Positions 25,014 through 32,003 of a stretch of 33,771 nucleotides of DNA are shown here, piece by piece; within the stretch, counting starts at the first letter, position 1, and each line of letters opens with the position of its first letter. Both the position numbers and the translations under genes were made by a program. This DNA comes from Candidatus Woesearchaeota archaeon (GTDB taxonomy: Archaea > Nanobdellota > Nanobdellia > Pacearchaeales > GW2011-AR1): positions 1 to 33,771 of the forward strand of contig CAYMCA010000005.1 in assembly GCA_964388875.1 (NCBI GenBank), written 5' to 3'. Below the pieces are notes generated by a model that had not been told where the DNA came from, searched no databases, and saw only the letters and a program-made list of their open reading frames with translations.

Positions 25014-25271
25014 TTACTCAGATTTTATTTTTTTTAAATGTATTGGCTCGATTATAAAGCTTTTCTTCTGGTTGAAGTCCATTATGCTGACTATGTATGA
25101 ATTTCCCCTCTCGCCTGTTATTATGCCTGTCCTGCCCTGAATCCTTCTCGGGAATTTTGCTTTAATGGAGGTTTCTCTCTTTACAGCCACGCTTTCACCC
25201 TCTTTAAATTTCTGAAAGTACTGGCTTAACCTTACCTTGCCCTTTTCTCTCATGCTTTTCTTCTTTAACAT
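25014..25271 (-). CDS. rpl21e: 50S ribosomal protein L21e
   Basis: F..GE.V.....S..K..P.R..G.TG.I.G.RG..Y.V is the SH3-like L21e pattern. The ORF is 85 aa. Confidence 0.9.
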   Translation of the reverse strand: MLKKKSMREKGKVRLSQYFQKFKEGESVAVKRETSIKAKFPRRIQGRTGIITGERGNSYIVSIMDFNQKKSFIIEPIHLKKIKSE

Positions 25272-25274
25272 TTT

Positions 25275-25610
25275 TTATCTCCTTTCCTGCCTTGCAATTC
25301 TTGTTTTATGCCCCATTTCATTCGTTATCTTCTCAAGGCAGCCTGCAACCGCCTTGAACATATTGTAATGGCTTTCCTTTGCATTGAAAGCCCCTATCCT
25401 GGTTTTTATGCTGCATTTAATCTCATGCAGGAATGTCTTGCCATGAACCGACTTCTTCATGCTCATCCTCACATACTCTATCTCGCATGCTTTTTCTGCC
25501 TTTTCAAGCGCTTTGGATATGATGCCAGACAGCATCTCCTTTTCCACATCCTCAAGCTGAAAGCCGCTTAACTCAACATTTTTCAGCCCGCCTCTCTTTT
25601 CCTCGTCCAA
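25275..25610 (-). CDS. Hypothetical protein with an HPF/RaiA (S30AE, ribosome hibernation factor)-like sequence pattern
   Basis: The first codon is TTG (25610), with AGGAG about 13 nt upstream. The predicted pattern is beta-alpha-beta-beta-beta-alpha: NVELSGFQLED / EKEMLSGIISKALEKAEKA / IEYVRMSMKK / LHEIKCSIKT / AFNAKESH / NMFKAVAGCLEKITNEMGHK. By eye it aligns with E. coli HPF. It ends 4 nt before L21e. Confidence 0.5.
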   Translation of the reverse strand: MDEEKRGGLKNVELSGFQLEDVEKEMLSGIISKALEKAEKACEIEYVRMSMKKSVHGKTFLHEIKCSIKTRIGAFNAKESHYNMFKAVAGCLEKITNEMGHKTRIARQERR

Positions 25611-25728
25611 TTTTCTATTAAACTCCTGCTTTCTTATGGCTCTGTATTTTATGATTTAACATCTTTAAAAAGCTTTTCTAAACGCTATAAATGCCTTTTT
25701 GGAAAGCCTTTAAAATCCCCCTATTTTA

Positions 25729-25941
25729 TCAGAATCCTCTATTTTTCTTTATTTCCTTGCTAGTCTCTATATCGCCCACAGAGCCCTGGTTTAGGTTTCC
25801 TGTCTCTCTCGCCTGTGTCATATTATTCACAATGGTGTCAAACATCTTCTTGCCCCACACCCCGTGCCCGCATCTCTCGCAAAAATCAATAACGCTGTTA
25901 TCATCAATTTCTGCCTTGCAGTACATGCATCTCTTTGCCAT
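25729..25941 (-). CDS. Small zinc-ribbon protein (70 aa)
   Basis: CMYC...x13...CERC forms two CxxC pairs. The ATG start has a TTTAAAAAT TATA-like box about 25 nt upstream, which looks leaderless. Confidence 0.6.
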   Translation of the reverse strand: MAKRCMYCKAEIDDNSVIDFCERCGHGVWGKKMFDTIVNNMTQARETGNLNQGSVGDIETSKEIKKNRGF

Positions 25942-26352
25942 TTTTATTTAATCTTTTTGATATTTTTAAATATATGTGTTTTGAGGGGGGCTTTGCACAT
26001 CTCCTTAATTATTTTTCCTTTACTAACAAACTTTAAAATGTGCCATGATTTATAACTTTTATGAAAATAAAAGAGGGGAAGTATTAGCAGAAGGAGGGGT
26101 ACAAATTGTACATACCCTTCCACTGGAAGCAGAAGTAATAAAAGGTGAGATTAAATTAAAGAAAAAACAAATAAAATAATTTTATTAATCAATATTCAAA
26201 AATTTCTTGCAAATCATTATTAAGATTGGCTTGATTTTATTTTTGTAATTATTATATTTTTCATTATCATAACTTGCAATTGCTAGGTTTTGGATTTTTT
26301 CCTTGCTCTCAAAAAATTCATTGCTATCTAACAGATTTAATTTTTATGTTTT

Positions 26353-26381
26353 AAAAACTGCTACTTTGTGGCAGTTTTTTT
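26353..26381. terminator. A-run / hairpin / T-run (AAAAACTGCTAC-TTT-GTGGCAGTTTTTTT)
   Basis: An 8-bp stem with one G-U is flanked by A5 and T7 in the long non-coding region 25942-26773. Confidence 0.4.
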
Positions 26382-26395
26382 AATATGATTTAATG

Positions 26396-26518
26396 TCAGA
26401 AATTAACTGCATCATTTATGATGCGGACGCAACATTTCCACTTTAATTTCTGAGCATCCTAAAAACAAGGGGCTTTACAAACCACACACTTTAGTGTGTG
26501 GTGCCCCCTTGTTTTTTT
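26396..26518. repeat. Modular hairpin element family A, copy 2
   Basis: H1: TCAGAAATTAA (26396-406) / TTAATTTCTGA (26443-53), enclosing hairpin GCATCAT-TT-ATGATGC (26409-24). The linker is AGCATCCT. H2: AAAAACAAGGGGC (26461-73) / GCCCCCTTGTTTTT (26503-16), enclosing ACCACACAC-TTTA-GTGTGTGGT. Confidence 0.7.
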
Positions 26519-26536
26519 GATGAGTAAATCAATATT

Positions 26537-26665
26537 ATGAACATAAAACCGGGAATAGCCAATCAGCCATAAAAACTCAAAATCCAATCCCTCCGAGATT
26601 AAGACAGGGGGCAATATGCTTAAGAGAAGCTTAAATGGGGGAAGTTTTTGGTTGAGGGGATGGGG
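26537..26665 (+). repeat. Family B intergenic repeat, copy 1 (5' extension + core + tail)
   Basis: ATGAACATAAAACCGGGAATAGCCAATCAGCCATAAAAACTCAAAATCCAATCCCTCCGAGATTAAGACAGGGGGCAATATGCTTAAGAGAAGCTTAAATGGGGGAAGTTTTTGGTTGAGGGGATGGGG. Near-identical copies lie at 27974 and 29541. Confidence 0.85.
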
Positions 26666-26740
26666 AGCTTTAAAAGTACTCAAATTAAAAGTTTACGCTA
26701 CCAAAGTCTAATAAACCATAATACTATACGATACCATAGT

Positions 26741-26752
26741 AAAGTTTATAAA
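26741..26752 (+). promoter_or_regulatory. Putative BRE/TATA (AAAGTTTATAAA) for a leaderless ATPase transcript
   Basis: The TATA-like TTTATAAA at 26745-52 ends 22 nt before ATG 26774. There is no SD between them. Confidence 0.4.
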
Positions 26753-26773
26753 TCCCATTTTACTGTATAATCT

Positions 26774-27937
26774 ATGGAAATAAACTTAGAAGCAGAGCTA
26801 TACAAACAAAATCCCTGGTGGGAAAGAAAATTTGAAGATGAAAGCATTCCTAGAGAGGCATATCTTAAAGAGATAGATAAAAACTTGAGTCATAAGGAAA
26901 TAATATTCTTGATAGGTCTTAGAAGAATTGGAAAAACAACTATAATGAAGCAGTTTATTAAAAGACTGCTTAAAAAAGTCAGTCCAGAAAATATTTTTTT
27001 TATAAATCTTGATAGCTTTACATTATCTAACCTGTCAATTCACGGATTGATTGAAGAATACAGAAAAATCCATAAAAAATCTTCCAAAGGCTTATTTTAT
27101 CTTTTCCTGGACGAAGTAACTTCGAGAGAAAATTTCGAGCAAGAGCTAAAGAGTCTGTATGATAATGAAAACATTAAAATTATATGCTCTTCCTCAATTG
27201 CAACCATGATGAGAGACAAGAAAGCATCATTAACAGGGAGAACAAGAACAATTGAGGTTATGCCTTTAACATTCCAAGAATTCTTAATTTTTAAAAAGGC
27301 AAAAATTGGCAAGGCAGACAGGTCCGCTTTGGAAGGTTATTTTAGAGATTATATGAGAGTTGGCGGAATTCCCTATTATGTCCTAACAGAAGATAAAGAA
27401 TACTTAAATGAGCTTGTTCAGGGGATAATTTACAAGGACATTATTGCATATCATAAAATAACTGGTGAAAAAGCCATAAAAGACATGTTTGTTCTTTTAT
27501 GCAGGAGAGTTGGAAAACCGACTAGTTACAATAAATTAGCCCAAATTTTAAAGATATCTGTTGATAGTGTTAAAAGATATGTAGGATATTTTGAAAAAGC
27601 TTATTTGTTTTATACGCTAGATAAGTATGCCAAATCTTATAATGAAAAAGTTACTTCTCCTAAAAAAGTTTATATTGGAGATATTGGAATTAAAAATCTT
27701 ATTACTGAAAATAAAGATTTGGGGGCAAGTTATGAAAACCTTGTCTTTTTGAAGATAAAAAATCTAAATCCGGCTTATTATCTCCAGGATGCGGCAGAAA
27801 TAGATTTTATTACAAAAGATATGCTAATTGAAGCAAAGTTTAACCGGGAAATGGATGAAAAACAAAAAGAGTTATTTAAAAAAATTAAGATTAAGAAAAA
27901 AATTATAGCTAATGGCATTGATTTCTTTATGAATTAA
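26774..27937 (+). CDS. AAA+ ATPase of the COG1373 type (AAA_14 + DUF4143)
   Basis: The N-terminal NPWWE, Walker A GLRRIGKTT and Walker B FLDEV are present. The C-terminal ...YENLVFLKI....EIDFI... region is restriction-endonuclease-like (DUF4143). Confidence 0.85.
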   Translation: MEINLEAELYKQNPWWERKFEDESIPREAYLKEIDKNLSHKEIIFLIGLRRIGKTTIMKQFIKRLLKKVSPENIFFINLDSFTLSNLSIHGLIEEYRKIHKKSSKGLFYLFLDEVTSRENFEQELKSLYDNENIKIICSSSIATMMRDKKASLTGRTRTIEVMPLTFQEFLIFKKAKIGKADRSALEGYFRDYMRVGGIPYYVLTEDKEYLNELVQGIIYKDIIAYHKITGEKAIKDMFVLLCRRVGKPTSYNKLAQILKISVDSVKRYVGYFEKAYLFYTLDKYAKSYNEKVTSPKKVYIGDIGIKNLITENKDLGASYENLVFLKIKNLNPAYYLQDAAEIDFITKDMLIEAKFNREMDEKQKELFKKIKIKKKIIANGIDFFMN

Positions 27938-27973
27938 GCTTGACAGCACTGCAGCAGATGCATGCCCGAATTC

Positions 27974-28079
27974 ATGAACATAAAACCGGGAATAACCAAT
28001 CAGCCATAAAAACACAAAATCCAATCCCTCCGAAATCAAGGCAGGGGCAATATCTTTAAGAGAAGTCTAAATGGGGGAA
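27974..28079 (+). repeat. Family B intergenic repeat, copy 2 (5' extension + core)
   Basis: ATGAACATAAAACCGGGAATAACCAATCAGCCATAAAAACACAAAATCCAATCCCTCCGAAATCAAGGCAGGGGCAATATCTTTAAGAGAAGTCTAAATGGGGGAA. Confidence 0.85.
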
Positions 28080-28093
28080 TTTTTGAGATTTAT

Positions 28094-28873
28094 TTAGACT
28101 TTTTTAGCTTTTGCTTTCTTTTCAGAATCTTTGATTTCTTTAAGCTTAAAGTATTCTGCAAGAAAAGAAATGACTTGTTGAAAGCTTATTTCTTCTCGAG
28201 TTATTGCTGCTAAATCTTTCTTCCAAATGCGAAATACCTTGTTTGTATTTTTAAAAACTGCTTTTATATCAAATTTTTTCCCTGTTGATTCTAATTTTCT
28301 TTTTATAATCTCTAAATTAATTGAGTTTCCAGATTTTATCAGATTGTATAAATCCAGATAGTCTCTTGGCTTGTATCTTTCAATTGTTGCTCTCAGCTTC
28401 TCAGCAAACATCTCTTCCTTGTTCAAGCAGGATATATAAAATGAAGGGAATTTATCTTTGTAAAAATGGTCAACAAGGTACTTTTCCGGCTTGAGAAGTG
28501 GCTTTGCTCTTGCAGTTAAGTCAATAAATATTCTGCCTGGCTCGTGAAATAGCCTGTAATGGGCTGCCAATCTTAAAAATCTCTCAACATCTTTTTCTGG
28601 GCTAAGCTTATCAAAAATAGTTCCATTTAGTTTTTCTTTTATCTCAGCTTTAACTTCTTCAATATCCCTTGTTAATGTAAAATCCAAGTCTTCTGACAAG
28701 CGGGTATGATTAAGAAATATTTTATTTATTGCAGTTCCTCCCTTAAATAAAATTCCTTTCACATCCTTCAAAAGAAACAACAATTGGGTGACCAAATAAT
28801 CTTTTTCAATTATCAGCATTCCAAACTTCTCTCTGCCCGAGATTATTCTTAACTCATCTAATGTTATATCCAT
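28094..28873 (-). CDS. AbiEii/AbiGii-family nucleotidyltransferase toxin
   Basis: FKGGTAINKIFL..TRLSEDLDF is the family signature GGTAL...R.SxDxDF. The ORF is 259 aa. Confidence 0.8.
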   Translation of the reverse strand: MDITLDELRIISGREKFGMLIIEKDYLVTQLLFLLKDVKGILFKGGTAINKIFLNHTRLSEDLDFTLTRDIEEVKAEIKEKLNGTIFDKLSPEKDVERFLRLAAHYRLFHEPGRIFIDLTARAKPLLKPEKYLVDHFYKDKFPSFYISCLNKEEMFAEKLRATIERYKPRDYLDLYNLIKSGNSINLEIIKRKLESTGKKFDIKAVFKNTNKVFRIWKKDLAAITREEISFQQVISFLAEYFKLKEIKDSEKKAKAKKV

Positions 28874-29439
28874 TTTTTGCTTTCCTCTTTTGTGGCTATG
28901 ATAAACTTATGGCCATATACCTCTCTTTCTATTGATTTTGGAATGTCCTGTTTTTTATGCTTTTTAAAATAAAATACTGAATTAAAAATCTGGATCTTTT
29001 TATGCTTTTTTGTATTCCAGACTTCATAAACAAGGGGAACCTGGTCAATCAGCTTCCAATAGCTTGCAGCTGCTTTTCCTACAATTGAATAATTTTTTGA
29101 ATTCATGATTTCATCAATTAGTATAAACGGGTGCTCTGACCAGTTTCCGCTTACAGCTTTTATAGGAACAAGAAAGTACTTGCTTTTATTAAGCTTGATA
29201 ATCCTGGCTTTTCTCTTAAGCCTGTAGATATAAACTTTTCTTTCATTTGCATTTTTAAAAAAAGGCATTGCATCGTTAGTTGTGAAAAAGTATTTTCCCT
29301 TCAGCTCCAGGCTGGAAATCAGAGCGAGCTCTTTTTCAGAAAGCCCTTTTCTGATAGTTTTTTCCTTTTTCAGGGTTTTGGATATTTTTTGCGCTTTCAT
29401 CTTTTCATTCTTTTTATTCCTCCCATAGTTTCTCCACAT
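28864..29439 (-). CDS. AbiEi-like antitoxin (wHTH plus C-terminal domain)
   Basis: It overlaps the toxin start by 10 nt. ELALISSLELKGKYFFTTNDAMPFF....VYIYRLKRKARIIKLNKSKYFLVP is wHTH-like. The start could be ATG 29439 or 29400. Confidence 0.65.
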   Translation of the reverse strand: MWRNYGRNKKNEKMKAQKISKTLKKEKTIRKGLSEKELALISSLELKGKYFFTTNDAMPFFKNANERKVYIYRLKRKARIIKLNKSKYFLVPIKAVSGNWSEHPFILIDEIMNSKNYSIVGKAAASYWKLIDQVPLVYEVWNTKKHKKIQIFNSVFYFKKHKKQDIPKSIEREVYGHKFIIATKEESKKWI

Positions 29440-29540
29440 TAATTTTTCTCCAATAGGTTAATAATATGTTAACTTTAAGGAAAAAGCACTATTTAAGCTT
29501 TTTGGTTCGGGCGCATCCTGCAAAACAGCCCGAGCAGCTT

Positions 29541-29630
29541 TCAAAATCCAATCCCTCCGAAATCAAGACAGGGGGTAATATCTTTAAGAGAAGCCTAAAT
29601 GGGGGGAAGGTTTTGGTTGAGGGGGGAGGA
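29541..29630 (+). repeat. Family B intergenic repeat, copy 3 (core + tail), overlapping the 3' end of the HsdS-like ORF
   Basis: TCAAAATCCAATCCCTCCGAAATCAAGACAGGGGGTAATATCTTTAAGAGAAGCCTAAATGGGGGGAAGGTTTTGGTTGAGGGGGGAGG. It is preceded by hairpin TCGGGC (29507-12) / GCCCGA (29528-33), whose loop holds a GCATCCT..AAAACA box like the family A linker. Confidence 0.85.
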
Positions 29631-30105
29631 AGGAGGACGAGAGGTAGGGAAGAGGGATTTTTATTGAATTAAGTTGTTTAGAGGTAATCGCTTGAAATGT
29701 GCTTCCAACTCCTAAATTGGCAATAACCTTCTTATTTGAATTTAAAAAATAATAAAGATAAAATAAATTTACTTTGTTGGTAGGTTTAATTGAAGTTAAC
29801 CCTCTACCAATACAACATTTAATATTGCAAATATTAACATCTCCTACCGGAGCTCTAATAGAGATTAATATTGAATTTGAGTCTGCAAATTTTGAAGGTT
29901 TTGTTGTCCATTTTTTAATAATAGGATATTTATCAGTAAATTCAGCCTTCCCTTGAAAGAAAGGAGTTCCTTCTTCATTTTCATTATAAGAATTGCCTGG
30001 CGGAGATTGCCCCATTATAATTTCAAAATATTCTCCATTTCCCAATTCAACTTCTTGCCAGCCTTCAGGAAGTTTATTCTGTTTTTGTGTTATTTGTTGT
30101 TTCAT
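29584..30105 (-). CDS. Type I restriction HsdS-like single target-recognition domain, orphan and probably 3'-truncated
   Basis: LPEGWQEVELG..., SILISIRAPVGDVNI, IGRGLTSIKP, LFYLYYFL, GSTFQAITSKQLNSIKIPLP is a complete HsdS TRD. The conserved helical spacer expected after IPLP is replaced by YLSSSFLPPQPKPSPHLGFS, which is encoded by repeat B3. ATG 30105 lies 1 nt after the helicase stop (TAA-c-ATG), and the track start 30114 is TTG. Confidence 0.7.
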   Translation of the reverse strand: MKQQITQKQNKLPEGWQEVELGNGEYFEIIMGQSPPGNSYNENEEGTPFFQGKAEFTDKYPIIKKWTTKPSKFADSNSILISIRAPVGDVNICNIKCCIGRGLTSIKPTNKVNLFYLYYFLNSNKKVIANLGVGSTFQAITSKQLNSIKIPLPYLSSSFLPPQPKPSPHLGFS

Positions 30106-30106
30106 G

Positions 30107-31999
30107 TTATTCAATTATCTCGATAAAATGAGAAGGTTCGAGATTTCTCCATTCATGGTTAATAGAGTGTGTTATTGTTAAGAAATCTTTTGCTCTTGAA
30201 ACAGCAACATAAAACAGCCTTAACTCATCATCTTTCTTAACCTTGCTTAGTTTATCAAAATAAAAAGGTAGTATCTTTTCATTACATCCCGCTAAAAACA
30301 CATATTTCCATTCTAATCCTTTAGAGCTATGAATCGTGCTTAATATCACTTTTTCTTTATCTTTTTCTCTTTTTTCCATTTCAATTAAGCTATCTAAAAA
30401 AGCTTTTATTCCTTCAAGATCATAGTCATAACCTTTAAATAATTCTTTTAAAGTTTCTATATTCTCTTCTTTATCTTCTATTTTTTCAGGCTCATACGCA
30501 TATTTTTTTGAAATTAAATAGTGATAATCAAAGAATTTTAAAAAAGATTCAATTGGATTTTTATTGCTTCGTTTTATGAGCTCTTTAAGTTTAATAAGTT
30601 TTTTACTTATCTCATAATTAAACTTTAATTGTTCAGATTTATCTAAAGAATCTACAATTGAACACTTGTTCTTATCGGTAATTTCTTTAACTTTGTTTAT
30701 TTTTGCCTTGCCAATACCCCCAATTAAACTTGCGATTCTTTCAAATTCTATTGTAGTATTTGGGTTTATTTTAAGTCTTAGAAACGCAATAATATCTCTA
30801 ATTTCTTCTCTGTCAAGAAAACCTCTTGCTCTTGATAAATGGCATGGAATTTTATTTCTTCTAAATTTTCTTTCAATTTGTTTACCTAAATTATTTGTTC
30901 TAAACAAAACAGCAATATCTTCTACCTTTGTTTTATTCTTTAATAATCCCTTAATCTCTGAAACTAAAAAATCAGTTTCTTCATCAAAAGAATAAAACTC
31001 TTTTATTTGTATATCGCTTCCTTTATCTCTGGTGCAGTATAGCTTTTTATCAATTTTAAAGGCAAGTGATTTTATTATTTTATTTACAGCACTAATTATC
31101 TTTTCTGTTGACCTATAATTATCTTTCAGAGTAATTTTTTTATGTTTTTTATTAAACTTAAATATAAGGTCATTTGAGGATCCTCTCCAGGTATAAATAT
31201 TCTGGCAATCATCTCCGATAAGACAGAGATTATTGTTTTCTAATAAATCAAGTATTTTCATTTGAACAACACTTAGATCTTGTGCCTCATCAACCATTAT
31301 TACTTTAAATTTATCTGAATAATGCTTTCTTACATCTTCATTTTTACTTAGAAGATTATATGCCAATAGGAGAATGTCATCAAAATCAAGGGTATTAGAA
31401 TCCTTTAAAATTTTTTGATATTCTTTATATGCTGCTATAGAAAGTTTCTTTATTTTAGAACTTACTGAAACAACTTCCCCTTCTATCTCTTCTATAATCT
31501 CTCTTTGAGACTCATTCAAATCTAAATTGTCACTCAAAGATTCATGGCTTACCCCCGCATTTTTGAATCTGTTTATTCTGTCAATTAAATAAACAATATC
31601 TCCTGATTTTGGCTTTATACCTTTCTTCTCTAAAATTTTCCTGATTATTTTTTTCTTATCACTCTCTTCAGTTAGTAGCGTAAAATTTGGATTTAATCCT
31701 GCTTCATCATGATTTTCCCTTAAAATTCTAAGAAATAAAGCATGCATGGTCCCTATATAACCTGGCATCTTTTTTGTCCTTTTGCTTATCTTTTCTTTCA
31801 TATCTTTAGCAGCTTTATTAGTAAAAGTGGTCATCATTATTTCACTAGGGCTAAAACCATGTTTTTCGACAAGATTTATATACCTTTCAACAATAGCTGT
31901 AGTTTTTCCTGTTCCAGCACTCGCCAATATAAGCAAGTTTCCATTTAATGTGTTTACTGCATCAATTTGCTCTTTATTTAATTTTAGTGAATTTATCAT
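30107..31999 (-). CDS. UvrD/PcrA/Rep-like SF1 DNA helicase (630 aa)
   Basis: ASAGTGKTT (Walker A), TFTNKAAKDM, MVDEAQDLS, GDDCQNIYTWRGS, TIHSSKGLEWKYVFL and LFYVAVSRAKDFL are all present. Confidence 0.9.
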   Translation of the reverse strand: MINSLKLNKEQIDAVNTLNGNLLILASAGTGKTTAIVERYINLVEKHGFSPSEIMMTTFTNKAAKDMKEKISKRTKKMPGYIGTMHALFLRILRENHDEAGLNPNFTLLTEESDKKKIIRKILEKKGIKPKSGDIVYLIDRINRFKNAGVSHESLSDNLDLNESQREIIEEIEGEVVSVSSKIKKLSIAAYKEYQKILKDSNTLDFDDILLLAYNLLSKNEDVRKHYSDKFKVIMVDEAQDLSVVQMKILDLLENNNLCLIGDDCQNIYTWRGSSNDLIFKFNKKHKKITLKDNYRSTEKIISAVNKIIKSLAFKIDKKLYCTRDKGSDIQIKEFYSFDEETDFLVSEIKGLLKNKTKVEDIAVLFRTNNLGKQIERKFRRNKIPCHLSRARGFLDREEIRDIIAFLRLKINPNTTIEFERIASLIGGIGKAKINKVKEITDKNKCSIVDSLDKSEQLKFNYEISKKLIKLKELIKRSNKNPIESFLKFFDYHYLISKKYAYEPEKIEDKEENIETLKELFKGYDYDLEGIKAFLDSLIEMEKREKDKEKVILSTIHSSKGLEWKYVFLAGCNEKILPFYFDKLSKVKKDDELRLFYVAVSRAKDFLTITHSINHEWRNLEPSHFIEIIE

Positions 32000-32003
32000 A
32001 ATT

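Noticed and set aside
26045-26179. 44-codon ORF MIYNFYENKRGEVLAEGGVQIVHTLPLEAEVIKGEIKLKKKQIK in the long spacer
   Set aside because: It has no SD or TATA in a convincing position, no recognisable family, and is too short to support from sequence alone. It may be a gene fragment.
26448-26523. C/D-box sRNA, from CTGA at 26450-53 and TGATGA at 26517-22
   Set aside because: The boxes are in the wrong order for a plus-strand C/D RNA. They are also not conserved in the other copy of the element, which has TCGG and TGATAC at the equivalent positions in 14628-14753.
26459-26683. Track ORFs 26459..26683 (-) and 29466..29672 (+)
   Set aside because: Both are read-throughs of the family A/B repeats. 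Their 'proteins' are the repeat sequence translated and are not conserved as coding sequence between the repeat copies.
26537-29630. Family B repeats considered as a CRISPR array
   Set aside because: There are only three copies, spaced 1.4-1.6 kb apart with complete genes between them. The repeat units are 67-130 nt and mosaic. This has no CRISPR-like repeat-spacer periodicity.
26537-29630. Family B repeats considered as integron attC sites, with the 16991..17869 recombinase as IntI
   Set aside because: I could not find the R''/R' core sites (RYYYAAC / GTTRRRY) in the expected inverted arrangement; GTTGAGG in the tail does not fit. The only tyrosine recombinase is a standard-looking XerA 9 kb away on the far side of the ribosomal cluster. 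The idea is kept only as a general cassette-boundary hypothesis, not an integron call.
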